DNA of 64,000 bases from Camelus dromedarius (Eukaryota): contig NC_087436.1 in the NCBI RefSeq assembly GCF_036321535.1, positions 52,268,001-52,332,000 of the forward strand. Direction: 5' to 3'. Shown piece by piece: positions 62,993-64,000 of the stretch (positions within the stretch are counted from its first letter, which is position 1; each line of letters begins with the position of its first letter). The notes below the pieces were generated by a model. The model did no database searches and was not told the origin of the DNA. It saw only the letters and a list, made by a program, of their open reading frames with translations. A program made the translations under genes and the position numbers.

Positions 62993-64000
62993 TGCATAAG
63001 TAAAATTAATTTATTTAAGGGAAATGATACTAATTAAAACTGAAATGCACACGGCACTTTTTTCTACTAACGGAGTAAGTTAGAGACTTAGCTTTAATAT
63101 AAAATTAATATAGTTCTTTGGTTTTAGAGAATAACAACTCTATACTGAAGCCTAAAATAAATGTTAATTTAGTGTCAAGGCTAAGAATTCTATATGTTCA
63201 ACTCCTAAGTAAAAATTATGATTAAAAAAAATGCATTGTGTCCCAACAGTAAAATCATGGCATCAAAAGTCTGAGCCAAGAAACATTAATTAGTTTGGTT
63301 ATTAATTATACTCATTTCTAAAAACTCATAAGTTTCTTCTGCATTTCACTGACCTTCAGTGCAATATAAATTCAACTGGGAATATATCTTTGGCCTCATC
63401 TCTACTTATTATCCTGAAAATTCAGTTTACTCTAATGTTAGAGGCTGCAAAACTGTAACAAGAAGGGAGATTCAAATCTTATAAGCAGTGTTGTGAATGA
63501 AAAAAGCAAGATGTGTTATGTGCAAAGGCACAGGTATCTTTTACCAAAACAGTTTGTCTAATTTGTAATTAGGAAGATTAAAATATTTAGTGAACTACTC
63601 CAAAGGGGAAAAGGATTAGAAATCTTGATTAAGAAAGTATTACTCAAAGAAGGAACTTGCTGAGCCTAGTCCCTCTCCTTGTCCCCCACACCGCCAAAGG
63701 AAATAAATCTTGTTTTAACCTGGAGACAAGGAGCAAACATTATTCTCTCTGTGAATCTTGTTGGAAGTGTGTAGAGGGAGCTCTTTAAAACCAAGTGCAG
63801 TTGCTCATAGTGCTTCAAATAGCAATATTTCCTTTCAAATGGCATATTACCAGGCTGCCTGAGAGAAAACAGCTTCTGCTTGGGATATAGACAATGAACA
63901 TGGGAAATTATTATACAGAGAACCCAGAACTAGTTTGAAACCTACTGATGCAAAATATAAAAACAATTATTTAATGTGAAGACTTGTTTAATAAAGAAAT

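Noticed and set aside
1..64000. ORF-track entries of 60-126 aa as protein-coding genes
   Set aside because: None resembles a protein I recognise, many start at TTG/GTG or lie in repeats, and their lengths look like chance ORFs in mammalian non-coding DNA.

Overview
This is eukaryotic, mammalian non-coding DNA. It is AT-rich, CpG-depleted and dense in interspersed repeats (MIR, L2, ancient L1M, MaLR/ERVL/ERV1 LTRs, hAT DNA-transposon relics). A short tRNA-derived SINE of the camelid Vic-1 type and cetartiodactyl-type L1 3' ends, with no Alu, Bov-A or PRE-1, point to a camelid genome (inference). I recognise no protein-coding gene; the ORF track appears to be chance ORFs, several inside repeats. 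There is no CRISPR array, rRNA or true tRNA. The strongest non-repeat signals are (i) a CpG-rich promoter-like element at ~58.1-58.5 kb with YY1, E2F and GC-box motifs, and (ii) several small minus-strand exon candidates (51, 23 and 10 nt) that could belong to an unidentified spliced transcript from that promoter. A degenerate 24-bp minisatellite (6783-7115) appears to have been amplified from inside an MLT1 LTR. I cannot support a claim of a new biological system, so the findings are leads. Repeat family names come from recalled consensus sequences, and boundaries are approximate unless TSDs are given.
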